Positions 30,315 to 40,187 of a stretch of DNA of 64,000 bases are shown here, in pieces (position 1 is the first letter of the stretch; each line of letters begins with the position of its first letter). This stretch comes from Thermoplasmatales archaeon (GTDB lineage Archaea > Thermoplasmatota > Thermoplasmata > Thermoplasmatales > GCA-001856825), in the NCBI GenBank assembly GCA_026127935.1, contig JAJSLL010000004.1:3590-67589 (forward strand), read 5' to 3'. The translations under genes were made by a program, and so were the position numbers. The notes beneath the pieces were generated by a model. It was given only the letters and a program-made list of their open reading frames with translations, searched no databases and had not been told where the DNA came from.

Positions 30315-30570
30315 CATACTGTCCGAACTAAACTTTTTATTGCATCACTGGTTGCTCACTGGTGGAGTCGGTAGGAAGGTTCTGCTTTTACAATTCTGAT
30401 GGAACTTGCAACTTCCTGAGGAATGCGCCAACAAAGTGCAATCTGTGTCCTAACTTCATATCATTTCGAAAAGAAGCACTGAATTTTTCAGAAGACTCGA
30501 AGTTGCCGGTCGATTATTTTGATCTTCCGATGAGTAAGGCAACTGGCGACCAGTTCCAGATGAGCTTGAT

Positions 30571-32046
30571 CTAGATTATTCTAGGTATGATCAGTTCCCA
30601 CAGTATCAGGAATAGTACAAACAGACTCACAGCGGTCACTATGGCATCCCTAGCCTTCTTGTTCTTTTGGAGTAGCGGAGTGTTAAGGAAAACATAACCT
30701 CCATCCAGTGGGACAATTGGAAGAAGATTCATCAATCCAAGCGCGAAATTGAGCCAAAATAACCAGTAGAATAGGTATTCCAGATTTAGTGCAACAGGGT
30801 TAGAATATATTGAAGAGAGAAGCGGAGAAGGTAGGGGAAGCTCGAAATGGAATGGCAGACCTATATACTCGAAAAATCCTATCACACCACCTGAAGTCGG
30901 ATTCTTCAATAGGTTCAGGTAGGAATATTGATCGAAAAGTTCGAGTCCAAAAAGTGAAACGTCAATCCCCATGAATGGATCGGACTTTGGAATACCTGGG
31001 TTAGAAACACCGGATGCCAGCAGGTACGAATATCTTGAGGCAAAGGTCAAGCTGAAATTGCTGTAGCCGGTCCCATTGAATGTTTCCACAGAAACTGTCT
31101 GCCCCGCCTTATACGTTGCTTCAATGTTTTCAAAATTTGTGACGTTCGTGATAGTATGGTTTCCGAGGGCTATGACAACGCTACCTGGAGCAATTCCCGC
31201 ATTGTATGCAGGATAATTCTTTAATACAGATGAGATGTAAACACCGTAAATCACGGATTCAGTCAGGTGTTGTCCATTTCGCAGAAGAGACACATTAACG
31301 TGACTACCAGGTGTCAAAGAGAGATCGGTGAGTGCAGTTACGTTGGATACGGATATCCCGTTGACCGACTGTATTATGTCTCCCGGATGGAAAGCCGAAC
31401 CCACTGAAGTTATTGAGGTTTGAACAGGTGCACCGGAAACGGGGGTAAATGTGAAAGCGACGAGGATTGCAAGCACAAGGAAAACGACAGTGAGGACTAT
31501 ATTAGTTCCAGGGCCGGCGGCAAAAATCTTGGCTCTTATCTTCGGTTCCACCTTTCTTGTTTCTTCTTCATCTGGTTCAACGAATGCCCCAACCGGTATA
31601 ATGAACCACAATATCCCCGTGCTTCTTACTGGAATTCCGAATCTTCTGGCAGCAATTCCGTGAGAAGTCTCGTGAAGTGCTACTGCAACTATCAAGCCTA
31701 TTATCCCCCATACAATAGGTATTGCGGGGTTGATTCCGGGTAGTGCGAGAGCATATGAAAGTGAAGGTACAGCACTCTTGGGGATTGACAGCACCAGGAA
31801 TGCCTCGTAAATTAATAATGCAACACCAGCCGTAGCAAGAAAAGGCATTGCATAATAGAAGAAAGAAATGAAATAGTCCCAGAATTTGTACTTCGAAATT
31901 CTTTCGATAGTCCTGACTCCCACCTGGGTCTTGATCAGCAGCGCAGGACCGTATGGAGCAACATGGTTCTTGAACTTGGTGACTGCCACGTAGAATACCA
32001 GTATCCAAGCTGCTACAAGTAAAGTTATGATTAGGAGCCAGTTCAC
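30571..32046 (-). CDS. site-2 protease family (M50) zinc metalloprotease with PDZ-like insert
   Basis: 491 aa and multi-TM, with HETSHGIAARRFG (HExxH) and NLLPIVPLDGG motifs. Confidence 0.8.
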   Translation of the reverse strand: MNWLLIITLLVAAWILVFYVAVTKFKNHVAPYGPALLIKTQVGVRTIERISKYKFWDYFISFFYYAMPFLATAGVALLIYEAFLVLSIPKSAVPSLSYALALPGINPAIPIVWGIIGLIVAVALHETSHGIAARRFGIPVRSTGILWFIIPVGAFVEPDEEETRKVEPKIRAKIFAAGPGTNIVLTVVFLVLAILVAFTFTPVSGAPVQTSITSVGSAFHPGDIIQSVNGISVSNVTALTDLSLTPGSHVNVSLLRNGQHLTESVIYGVYISSVLKNYPAYNAGIAPGSVVIALGNHTITNVTNFENIEATYKAGQTVSVETFNGTGYSNFSLTFASRYSYLLASGVSNPGIPKSDPFMGIDVSLFGLELFDQYSYLNLLKNPTSGGVIGFFEYIGLPFHFELPLPSPLLSSIYSNPVALNLEYLFYWLFWLNFALGLMNLLPIVPLDGGYVFLNTPLLQKNKKARDAIVTAVSLFVLFLILWELIIPRII

Positions 32047-32357
32047 GGGTCGCCATCAGAATTAGTTTATTAATCATTTCTTAAGAAGAAATTTGTACAT
32101 TGAATGTCCAAAAAACTCCCTTTTTAGTCTCCCTTCTTTCTATCAAGGATTTTCTCCCGAGTCTCAAAGCGTTACACACATTCTCACGAAACTTCCTGTT
32201 TAATCTTCGAATACAAGTATCGTAGCCTGATTAATATTATAGAACTAATACTGAGTCCTCCTCCTTACGCTCACTACCCCAGCTCTTCTCAACCCCCCTG
32301 AGGTAAGATATTGCAGTACAGCCAATTCTTTGAATTTCTCGATGTGAGGCCAAAATT

Positions 32358-32375
32358 ATTTAAGGTGACCTAATT
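32358..32375. promoter_or_regulatory. second copy of the DtxR-box-like motif (ATTTAAGGTGACCTAATT)
   Basis: It is identical to the 26063..26080 site at 16 of 18 positions. It lies 9 nt upstream of the ATG at 32385, the same geometry as at the regulator gene. Confidence 0.5.
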
Positions 32376-32384
32376 CTACACTTA

Positions 32385-33221
32385 ATGAATTCGCAAACTG
32401 TGGCAGTAGAAAATGGAAGCATTTATGTTGAGAGCAATGGAAGTGGAACGCCAATTGTGCTAATCCACGCCGGATACCTCGACTGTAGAATGTGGGACAA
32501 TCAGTTCGAGATGCTGTCAAAGGATAATATGGTGATAAGGTACGATGTGAGGGGGTATGGCAGGTCGAGTGAACTCAATGGTATATACTCCGATGCAAAG
32601 GATCTCAAGAATGTCTTCGATAATTTGGAACTCAAGAAGGCAATATTAATCGGAGTATCAAACGGTGGAAGGATCGCCTTGGATTTCGCATTGGAATACC
32701 CTGAGTTCGTCCACGCGCTTGTGCTGATGGATTCAGGTGTAAGCGGCTACAGGCCAGAGAATACTGAAGAGGAACACATATGGGATCAGTACCAGTCTTT
32801 CGAAACAAAGTACAACCAACTCATCAAAGAGGGGAATTTTAGGGGGGCAGCAGTTATAGATGTTGACCTTTGGACTAATCAAGTACCAAACAAAGTCAGG
32901 GAAAAACTGCTGGATATTGCGACCGAAAATGCCAGGAAGTCTGCAAGTTATGAATCAGGATTACAGACATACCCAGTTCCTCCCGCATTTGATCGATTAG
33001 GCAATCTGAAGATGCCAGTACTAATCCTCATAGGAAGCAAGGATTTGCCCGGCAGTGTTTTGCAAGGAAAGAGAATTCATACTATGATAGGAGGTTCTGA
33101 CCTCAAAGTAATCGAAGGAGCTGACCATATTCCGAGCCTTTCTCGTCCTGATGAATTCATCAACGAAGTCCAGAACTTCTTGGTCAGATTAACATTCTCC
33201 GATACCAAGTCCGTTAAGTGA
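32385..33221 (+). CDS. alpha/beta hydrolase
   Basis: 278 aa with HAGYLD, the nucleophile elbow GVSNGG and a C-terminal GADHIP. Confidence 0.8.
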   Translation: MNSQTVAVENGSIYVESNGSGTPIVLIHAGYLDCRMWDNQFEMLSKDNMVIRYDVRGYGRSSELNGIYSDAKDLKNVFDNLELKKAILIGVSNGGRIALDFALEYPEFVHALVLMDSGVSGYRPENTEEEHIWDQYQSFETKYNQLIKEGNFRGAAVIDVDLWTNQVPNKVREKLLDIATENARKSASYESGLQTYPVPPAFDRLGNLKMPVLILIGSKDLPGSVLQGKRIHTMIGGSDLKVIEGADHIPSLSRPDEFINEVQNFLVRLTFSDTKSVK

Positions 33222-33283
33222 GCTGCACCTTGGTGAAATGGAGTTTCCGCAGATTTCTATAAGGATATATACCAATCTCCATT

Positions 33284-33733
33284 GTGGATGAGATGCGGGG
33301 AAAAGTAGAATGGACGAACGATTCCACTTTCATAGCTTCTGGCGATTCTGGACACTACACGGTTCTTGATTATTCAGATGACAAGGCAAAACAGAAGGGA
33401 AGCTCCCCAACCGAAATGCTGCTTCAAGCGATGTGTGGGTGCACTGCAATGGACGTCATATCCATTCTGAAGAAAAAGAAAGAACCAGTAGTGGGACTGG
33501 ATGTGATAGCTGATGGAACTAGAGCCTCAGAACATCCCAAAGTTTTCACCGACATCAGTATGGAATACATCGCATATGGAAATGTGAAGAAAGAGAGTCT
33601 AGACCGGGCAATCTCTCTCAGTCAGGAAAAATATTGTAATATTTCCATTACTCTGAAGAGAGCAGGGGTCAGGGTAAACGTTTCGAGTAGAGTTGTTGCA
33701 GAAAGGGAAACTGCTGGTAACAAAACAACCTGA
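33284..33733 (+). CDS. OsmC-family redox protein/peroxiredoxin
   Basis: 149 aa with SPTEMLLQAMCGCTAMDV and the second Cys context EKYCNIS. Confidence 0.8.
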   Translation: MDEMRGKVEWTNDSTFIASGDSGHYTVLDYSDDKAKQKGSSPTEMLLQAMCGCTAMDVISILKKKKEPVVGLDVIADGTRASEHPKVFTDISMEYIAYGNVKKESLDRAISLSQEKYCNISITLKRAGVRVNVSSRVVAERETAGNKTT

Positions 33734-33766
33734 CTGGGCGGATTAGAAAGATATTACTGTTTACCC

Positions 33767-34009
33767 TTAGGAAAGGAAGTAATCAATTCTGTCTCTGTAG
33801 TCTTCGAGACTTATTCCTTTTTCTTGAATTTCTACTGCTATAGTCCTACTCTTCGCTCTAACAACGCACGCAGAGTCTATGACGCCTTCATCAATTAGTC
33901 TCTTCAAATTCTTATCACGGTTTCCGGTAGCACTGGCAAGAAGCCTCTCACTCTCTCCAAAGAACAATATTTTTAGAGTTTCAAACCTCTTCTCTTCGTT
34001 TAATTTCAT
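33767..34009 (-). CDS. hypothetical protein
   Basis: 80-aa ORF with normal-looking composition and no recognisable motif. Confidence 0.4.
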   Translation of the reverse strand: MKLNEEKRFETLKILFFGESERLLASATGNRDKNLKRLIDEGVIDSACVVRAKSRTIAVEIQEKGISLEDYRDRIDYFLS

Positions 34010-34257
34010 TGCAGAATAGATGGCAGCATCAAACCTAGTGGGGCCCTCCTTACCACTATATAATGCACCTTTGTCATGAAAGGCTATTCGTCATGGAAAT
34101 ATAACCGTGTCTTTGCTCTAATTGCCAAGATGATCTCTCAAGATTTCCAAACACAAAGTAGAATTAATCAAAGTGCTGGCAGTAGAATGTTACTCAGACG
34201 AAAATGAGAAACTCCCTAAGATATATATAAAGCACTACCTTTAACCTGAGATAATAG

Positions 34258-34644
34258 ATGACTTGGCAAGATTCTGAGGTCAGAGAGTTAAAGGAAAACA
34301 AATACATATTGTTAGATGACGAGCCCTGTAAGATCGTAGAAATCACCACATCCAAGCCGGGAAAGCATGGTGAAGCCAAGGCGAGGATAGTTGCTATCGG
34401 AGTCTTTGACAACACGAAGAGGAGTGTCGTTTATCCAACAAAACACAAGATCAAGGTACCGATCATCGAGAAGAAGACTGCTCAGATTCTCAGCATCACT
34501 CAAACTGAAGGATTGTTTATGGATATGGAAACGTTTGAGCAATTCAACATCCCGATTCCAGAAGAGTTCAAGGAGAAGGCAGTGAGCGGAGTCGAGGTGG
34601 AGTACTGGGAGTCAATGGGCAAGAGAAAACTGATGAGAGTCTAA
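34258..34644 (+). CDS. eif5a: translation initiation factor 5A (aIF5A)
   Basis: 128 aa with the hypusine-site motif [15 protein letters not shown]. Confidence 0.95.
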   Translation: MTWQDSEVRELKENKYILLDDEPCKIVEITTSKPGKHGEAKARIVAIGVFDNTKRSVVYPTKHKIKVPIIEKKTAQILSITQTEGLFMDMETFEQFNIPIPEEFKEKAVSGVEVEYWESMGKRKLMRV

Positions 34645-35487
34645 ATGCCCTCACCCCTAAAATTCTGCGACTCCTCAGATAGCTATGAAGATGCCAAGTA
34701 CATAATTTTCGGGGTTCCGTTTGATGCGACCGCATCCTATAGATCCGGGACAAAATTTGCTCCAAATGAAATAAGAAAAGCATCATACAACATGGAGAGT
34801 TATTCGATATTCAGGGGGGTAGACCTCAAGAATTCTGGCATATTTGATATGGGTGACATCGAAGAATACCACGACCCGGAAGATATGCTTCAAGAAGTCT
34901 ATACTGTAGTCGACGGGATAGTATCCGACCACAAATTTCCGATTATGCTCGGTGGTGAGCACAGCGTTTCAACTGGTGCAATCAGGAGGATCAAGAGCAG
35001 AGTTGTCTTCATAGATGCCCACACTGACTTTAGGGACTCTTACATGGGGACAAAGAACTCACATGCTTGCGTTGCCAGAAGGGCAACTGAAATAGTTGGA
35101 AAGGAAAATGTGGTGTCAGTAGGTATTCGTTCGGTGTCGATGGAAGAAATTAGAGATGGTCCACAGAAATATTTCACTAGTTTTGAAGTTAATTCCGACA
35201 GCAGTAGGTTGAAGACATTCCTCAATGAATTCGGTAAATCACCAATTTACTTTTCAATAGATTTTGATGGTTTCGATCCTGCTTATGCACCAGGAGTTGG
35301 AACGCCTGAGCCGTTCGGTCTGAATCCAATGATAGTAATGGACATTCTGGATTCTGTTGGAGATAAATTGGTAGGTCTGGATCTAAATGAGATTACGCCA
35401 ACTTTCGATAATGGCAATACCTCTATGCTTGCTGCACGAATTATTCAAGAAGTTGTATCTTATCTAGAATTGCCTAGAAATGAGTGA
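34645..35487 (+). CDS. speB: agmatinase (ureohydrolase family)
   Basis: 280 aa with GGEHS, DAHTD, SIDFDGFDP and the Mn-ligand pattern. It starts directly after the aIF5A stop. Confidence 0.85.
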   Translation: MPSPLKFCDSSDSYEDAKYIIFGVPFDATASYRSGTKFAPNEIRKASYNMESYSIFRGVDLKNSGIFDMGDIEEYHDPEDMLQEVYTVVDGIVSDHKFPIMLGGEHSVSTGAIRRIKSRVVFIDAHTDFRDSYMGTKNSHACVARRATEIVGKENVVSVGIRSVSMEEIRDGPQKYFTSFEVNSDSSRLKTFLNEFGKSPIYFSIDFDGFDPAYAPGVGTPEPFGLNPMIVMDILDSVGDKLVGLDLNEITPTFDNGNTSMLAARIIQEVVSYLELPRNE

Positions 35488-36079
35488 CAATAAGGTATAC
35501 AAAGAAGGTTACAAGGACGGAATCAAATTCGCTATTCTAGCAGCCAAAGCTCACGGAGTGAACGAAGAATTCATAAAGCGTCTGGAAAGGGAGTACTCGG
35601 GCGAAGATGGAGAGACGGCAGTGAAACTGGTTTACGGTGAAACCTACCTCATTTATGAAAAGAGGAACCTGAAGGGGATGGAGATTATATCCGGCGTGGT
35701 GACGCAGGGCTTTCCAACTATAGTGATGAGCAGGGATGCAAAGAGCGGACTCACATCGTTTGGTAATGTAAAATTCGCGCTCATTACTTACGATGAGTCG
35801 CTGGGAGGGTTCAACCCAACCCAGTTGAGCCAGATGCAGGAATATGTCATAAGCAACCTGAAGGATCGTGGGGTCCTTTACCTGGATTGCTTAGATTATA
35901 TCTTTTCCACTTCAACTTCGATTCAGAACGTGATCAGATTCCTGACTGTCTTAAAAGACAAGGTCCTTGACAAGAACGGGATATTCATCCTGTCTTTGAA
36001 CAAAGACGCAATCGGAAAAGCAGAATTATCAATGATAGAAAAAGAGTTCAAGAATACGATCAAAATCAAGACGGACTAG
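35480..36079 (+). CDS. DUF835-domain protein
   Basis: 199 aa. The pattern GETYLIYE...MSRD...NPTQL...LYLDCLDYI...FLTVLKDKV...FILSLNKDAI...IEKEF matches my recollection of DUF835. It overlaps speB by 8 nt. Confidence 0.55.
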   Translation: MSDNKVYKEGYKDGIKFAILAAKAHGVNEEFIKRLEREYSGEDGETAVKLVYGETYLIYEKRNLKGMEIISGVVTQGFPTIVMSRDAKSGLTSFGNVKFALITYDESLGGFNPTQLSQMQEYVISNLKDRGVLYLDCLDYIFSTSTSIQNVIRFLTVLKDKVLDKNGIFILSLNKDAIGKAELSMIEKEFKNTIKIKTD

Positions 36080-36581
36080 CGAGGTTTATCACGTCCACCC
36101 TTGAGGGGGTAGGTATCTTGTGGGAGGCCATTCTGAGTGCTTCCTTCGCCTTATCCTCTCCAGACTTGGGTATCCTAACTATCAAGATTATCGAACCTGC
36201 CTTGACTCTTGCTGCAGTTCCAACTGGTCTTCCAAAAGCCAAGCTCATACCACTCGATATTCTATCTGCTCCTGCACCGGTAGCCATTTTGTGTTCCCTG
36301 ATAACGTGGTGTGGGAATGGTCTGACTCTCATGAAATACCCCTTTTCTCCAAAGTCCTTGATAAGCAATCGATTAGACTTAACTCTGGCTGCCTCAAGCG
36401 CAGTGTGCCTAATCTGACACGACTCCTCTGCGACTAGTCTTAGCTCAAGATCATAATTTCCATTGACGTCTCCACCCACATATTGCTGTATCCTTGATGC
36501 TGGGACTCCTCCCATGTACTCTCGCTTCGTATACGCGGGTCCGGTTATTTTCCTATACATCCTTCCCGGCTTTCTTACCAT
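36066..36581 (-). CDS. rpl10e: 50S ribosomal protein L10e (uL16)
   Basis: 171 aa with RKPGRMYR and a MATGAGADRISSGM loop. Confidence 0.95.
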   Translation of the reverse strand: MVRKPGRMYRKITGPAYTKREYMGGVPASRIQQYVGGDVNGNYDLELRLVAEESCQIRHTALEAARVKSNRLLIKDFGEKGYFMRVRPFPHHVIREHKMATGAGADRISSGMSLAFGRPVGTAARVKAGSIILIVRIPKSGEDKAKEALRMASHKIPTPSRVDVINLASPS

Positions 36582-36678
36582 TTATACTACCTTTCAGGAA
36601 AATGATTCAGAATATATAATCATTCTGAGGCCATTCAACGAAAGGTTATTTAGCTGTAAACAATGATTACCAGAGGAA

Positions 36679-37632
36679 ATGGACGAAATCTGGATCGAGA
36701 AGTACAGACCGAAGAAACTCGATGAAGTTGTAGGTCAGTCAGTCGTTGTGGAGAGACTCAAGAGCTATATAAAACAGAAGAACATACCACACCTCTTGTT
36801 TGCCGGCCCTCCAGGCACTGGGAAGACGACTGCTGCTACTGTTCTCGCTAGGGAATTCTACGGGGAAGAGTGGAAAGAGAATTTCCTGGAACTGAATGCT
36901 TCTGACGACAGAGGTATTAAGATGGTCAGGGAGACGGTGAAAGATTATTCAAGGATCCTCCCTAATAATCCACTTGGATTCAAGATTCTATTTCTGGATG
37001 AAGCAGATTATATGACTGATGAAGCGCAAGCGGCCCTGAGAAGGACAATGGAGAACTTCACGAGAACGACACGTTTCATTATTTCCTGCAATTATTCATC
37101 AAAGATAATTGAGCCAATCCAGTCGAGGGCAGCCATCTTCAGATTCAAGGCACTGCCCACAGAATCCGTAGTATCGGCACTCGGAGAAATACTGAAAGTG
37201 GAAGGAATAGATTACGAGAAAAAATCATTGGATGTTATAGCAGAGTTATCGTACGGCGACATGAGAAAAGCAATAAATACTCTCCAAGTTGCGGCCACTT
37301 ATTCGCCGAAAATTACTGTAAATTCCATTTACGAGGCCGCTGGTCTGGTTCACAAGGATTGGGCGGTACAGGTGCTGACGCTGGCCCTGAAGGGGGATAT
37401 ATCAAAAGCTAGATCAATGCTTGAAGAGGCAGTTATCAAGCAGGGAATTTCCGGGCAGGATGTAGTAGAGCAATTTCACCGCGTTGTTTATGATCTTCCG
37501 GTGGAGGATGAACTGAAGGCGGGCATCCTTTATTCGTTAGGTGACATAGATTTCAGGATTTCTGAAGGTGCGAGAGAAATAATACAACTCGAAAGCTTTC
37601 TCGGGTATCTTTACAAGAAAGGTGCAAAATGA
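36679..37632 (+). CDS. rfcS: replication factor C small subunit
   Basis: 317 aa with WIEKYRP, Walker A GPPGTGKTT, Walker B LDEAD, and SCNYSSKIIEPIQSR (SRC motif). Confidence 0.95.
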   Translation: MDEIWIEKYRPKKLDEVVGQSVVVERLKSYIKQKNIPHLLFAGPPGTGKTTAATVLAREFYGEEWKENFLELNASDDRGIKMVRETVKDYSRILPNNPLGFKILFLDEADYMTDEAQAALRRTMENFTRTTRFIISCNYSSKIIEPIQSRAAIFRFKALPTESVVSALGEILKVEGIDYEKKSLDVIAELSYGDMRKAINTLQVAATYSPKITVNSIYEAAGLVHKDWAVQVLTLALKGDISKARSMLEEAVIKQGISGQDVVEQFHRVVYDLPVEDELKAGILYSLGDIDFRISEGAREIIQLESFLGYLYKKGAK

Positions 37633-37635
37633 GGG

Positions 37636-38142
37636 GTGGATGCTGCGGTAAACGGAACTGTTTATGAACGAGAGCTGAAGCTGATACTGGCAGGAAACGA
37701 AGACAAGCTTGGGAAGGTTGGTTGGATAAGAGAGGATGTCAAGGAAAGAATAAAGTCCAGGCCTTTTCTTGTTGTGAGGGCAGCAGGCAGTCACGGATTC
37801 GATATTATCATCATTAGACACGATCTGAGCATTCCCATTGAGATCAAGAGTTCCAAGGAAAAGATACTAAACTTCTCCTCTTCTTCGGCACGTTCTCAGG
37901 AACAGGCAGAAGAATATGTGAAAATGATATCAAAGACTGGTGTAATGCCGCTGTACGCATTTAGGTTAAAGAGCGTCAATGGCGACCCTTGGAGAATTTT
38001 TACCTTTGACTCGCAGTATGAAGGAAGATACAGAATATTTGCAAAGAATATACCGAAATTAGAAGTCACTAAAGGAGGTTCTTATTCCATGAAGTGGGAG
38101 AAAGGCCTCCAGTTAACTTCTCTTTTAGAATATCTGTTTTGA
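37636..38142 (+). CDS. hjc: Holliday junction resolvase Hjc-like nuclease
   Basis: 168 aa with a GTG start. It has the E...D...E.K pattern: YERELKLIL, VVRAAGSHGFDIIIIR, IPIEIKSSKE. Confidence 0.6.
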   Translation: MDAAVNGTVYERELKLILAGNEDKLGKVGWIREDVKERIKSRPFLVVRAAGSHGFDIIIIRHDLSIPIEIKSSKEKILNFSSSSARSQEQAEEYVKMISKTGVMPLYAFRLKSVNGDPWRIFTFDSQYEGRYRIFAKNIPKLEVTKGGSYSMKWEKGLQLTSLLEYLF

Positions 38143-38154
38143 TGCTTGTAGAAT

Positions 38155-38544
38155 CTACGCCGTTGCTTCGACCAATTTCTCTTTCTGTACGCCCCTTGGG
38201 AAGTCTACACCCCTCTCAACACGCTTGTACTCAATGCTAGATGGGGTCAGTTTACCAAGGATATATTCAAGAGCATTCTCCGCATTTTCCGTTGGACCAC
38301 AAGTAAAGATGTCAAGTGCAACCAGTCCATACTCTGGCCATGTATGAAAGCTAAGATGTGATTCAGCAAGTAGTACGATGCCGCTCACACCATTCGGTGT
38401 GAATTGATGATAATACGATCTGATTTTTGTAAGTTTACCGTACCGTACTGCAGATTCCATTATTGGCTGCATAGAATCTACCTTTGAAATTTTTTGAGGG
38501 TCAACGCCTTTAAGATCGCCTACAAGATGAATTCCTATGGACAC
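38155..38544 (-). CDS. speH: S-adenosylmethionine decarboxylase proenzyme (pyruvoyl type)
   Basis: 129 aa with the self-cleavage and active-site motif LLAESHLSFHTWPE. Confidence 0.9.
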   Translation of the reverse strand: MSIGIHLVGDLKGVDPQKISKVDSMQPIMESAVRYGKLTKIRSYYHQFTPNGVSGIVLLAESHLSFHTWPEYGLVALDIFTCGPTENAENALEYILGKLTPSSIEYKRVERGVDFPRGVQKEKLVEATA

Positions 38545-38919
38545 CTACTTGTCACCGATTCTTGTGAGGAGAGACTCATATATAAAGTTTGATTTTTTAA
38601 CTCTAAAGAAAATACTGAATTATTCACAATAAAGCGAACACCAATCGTAATTCATACTTCAAACAATATTACATCCTTATATTCACCACTATTACGATTT
38701 ACAGATAGTATTGAATTTAACGAATGTCATCCATGCACGATATTGAAGATTTAATCAAATTCGTAACCTAGTAAAAATATTGATTAGAATTCTTGAATAT
38801 GTCGAGAATTAGAATGAACATGAAGACTATCCCTTATATAGTCTGAGAGAAAAGGTTAATAAGGTAGTCAGTCTGCAGATGCTGAGCGAAAAGCTCTAGA
38901 CAAAGGATTGGTAGTATAT

Positions 38920-39342
38920 ATGGACGAATTTACAAAAGTGAAGGATCTCAACCAGGGATCCAAGAGAGTGACTGTTTTGGCAAAGATTTTGAATGTTGGC
39001 GAGGCAAAAGACATACAGACGAGATACGGCGAACAGAAAAAAGTAACCGAAGCAGTCCTAGGCGACGAGACGGCAAAAGTGACAATGTCACTCTGGAATG
39101 AACAGGCGAGCCAAGTAGAAAATGGCGACAGCGTTGTAGTTGAGAATGGCTACGTAAGCTTTGTTAGGGGACACATGAGACTCAATGTCGGAAAGTACGG
39201 AGCAATAAAGAAATCCGATTCCGCAGTTGAATCAGTAAATGAGTCTCTTGACATGAGTGAGAAGGAATATCAGCCTGATGAGGTTGATAGAAGACCCAGA
39301 AGAAGCTTCAACAACAACAGGAATTTCAGAAGCAGGTTCTAA
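38920..39342 (+). CDS. ssb: single-stranded DNA-binding protein (single OB fold, crenarchaeal-type SSB)
   Basis: The OB domain (VLAKILNVGEAKDIQTRYGEQKKVTEAVLGDETAKVTMSLWNEQ...) is colinear with Sulfolobus-type SSB as I remember it. It has a basic/acidic flexible tail. ATG at 38920 is preferred over TTG at 38908. Confidence 0.75.
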   Translation: MDEFTKVKDLNQGSKRVTVLAKILNVGEAKDIQTRYGEQKKVTEAVLGDETAKVTMSLWNEQASQVENGDSVVVENGYVSFVRGHMRLNVGKYGAIKKSDSAVESVNESLDMSEKEYQPDEVDRRPRRSFNNNRNFRSRF

Positions 39343-39349
39343 ATGGAAT

Positions 39350-39973
39350 TTATTTTTCAATAATTCCGACGCAAAATTTTCCTTTTTTATCTTTTATTAC
39401 AATTTCTTCAATGTCAAGATCGTATTGGAATATGATATCATAAACCCTTTTTAGACTCGGAAAATCGCAGATCTTACAGTTGAGTGGTTCTTTTAGCGAT
39501 ACTTCCCTGTTTCGGTAATAGAATGAGATCAATGGAAGATTCTGACAATTGCTGCCGTACCTGAGTAGTGCAGTGATATTAGTTAGTACCTCTACCCTTT
39601 CGTCTAGTCTTCTCGCAATAAACGGAACTCCAGTGTAGTTATTCTTGAATGTCTTAATATGACATTCCTTGCAGAGCGTGATGAGATTCTTAGTAGAATC
39701 GGAACCTCCGGCAATTCTAGGTACAATATGATGAACTTCGACCTCCACTCTCAATCGGCTCACTCCTTCCTTGTCCTCTGAAATCATCGGTGCTTTTCCA
39801 CAAATTCTGCACTTATATTCGTCCCTTTCCAATGCAATTATCTTTGCAGTGTCCCAGGAGATATTGGTCTCTTCTATGCTTCCAGAACTGACATAGTCGT
39901 ATACCTCCCCATATTGGGAGTATTTTCTGTTAAGTCTTTCCAGCCTTTCCTCAATGTTGCCTTTCATTCTCAA
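39350..39973 (-). CDS. HNH endonuclease with uncharacterised C-terminal domain
   Basis: 207 aa with CRICGK...VEVHHIVPRIAGGSDSTKNLITLCKECH. About 90 C-terminal residues have no recognisable motif. Confidence 0.8.
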   Translation of the reverse strand: MRMKGNIEERLERLNRKYSQYGEVYDYVSSGSIEETNISWDTAKIIALERDEYKCRICGKAPMISEDKEGVSRLRVEVEVHHIVPRIAGGSDSTKNLITLCKECHIKTFKNNYTGVPFIARRLDERVEVLTNITALLRYGSNCQNLPLISFYYRNREVSLKEPLNCKICDFPSLKRVYDIIFQYDLDIEEIVIKDKKGKFCVGIIEK

Positions 39974-40187
39974 TTCAATTTGAGAGTTAGATACGCATCA
40001 AGATAATATGGTTGTGTTTCCAATCAAAATGACATGAAATTGAAAACACGAGATGGAAAATTTCTGAACCACTGCTCGAGTCAAAGTGAATTTGTAACCT
40101 ATAATTAGTAGCGTATTAATCAACAAAGAACTCTTCGTTTTCCTACTTATATTTATTAGCTAGTTTTCATAAGAGGGTTGAATCAAA

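Noticed and set aside
30362-30574. 70-aa GTG-initiated ORF with four Cys (C-x9-C...C-x2-C), convergent with the M50 protease gene
   Set aside because: It could be a small zinc-binding protein. However, it has a weak start, no recognisable motif, and a low-complexity C-terminal half. The support is not enough to call it a feature.
38545-38919. The AT-rich spacer near rfcS, hjc and ssb, considered as a chromosomal replication origin
   Set aside because: It has no ORB-like inverted repeats and no adjacent orc1/cdc6 gene. I kept it only as a low-interest note.
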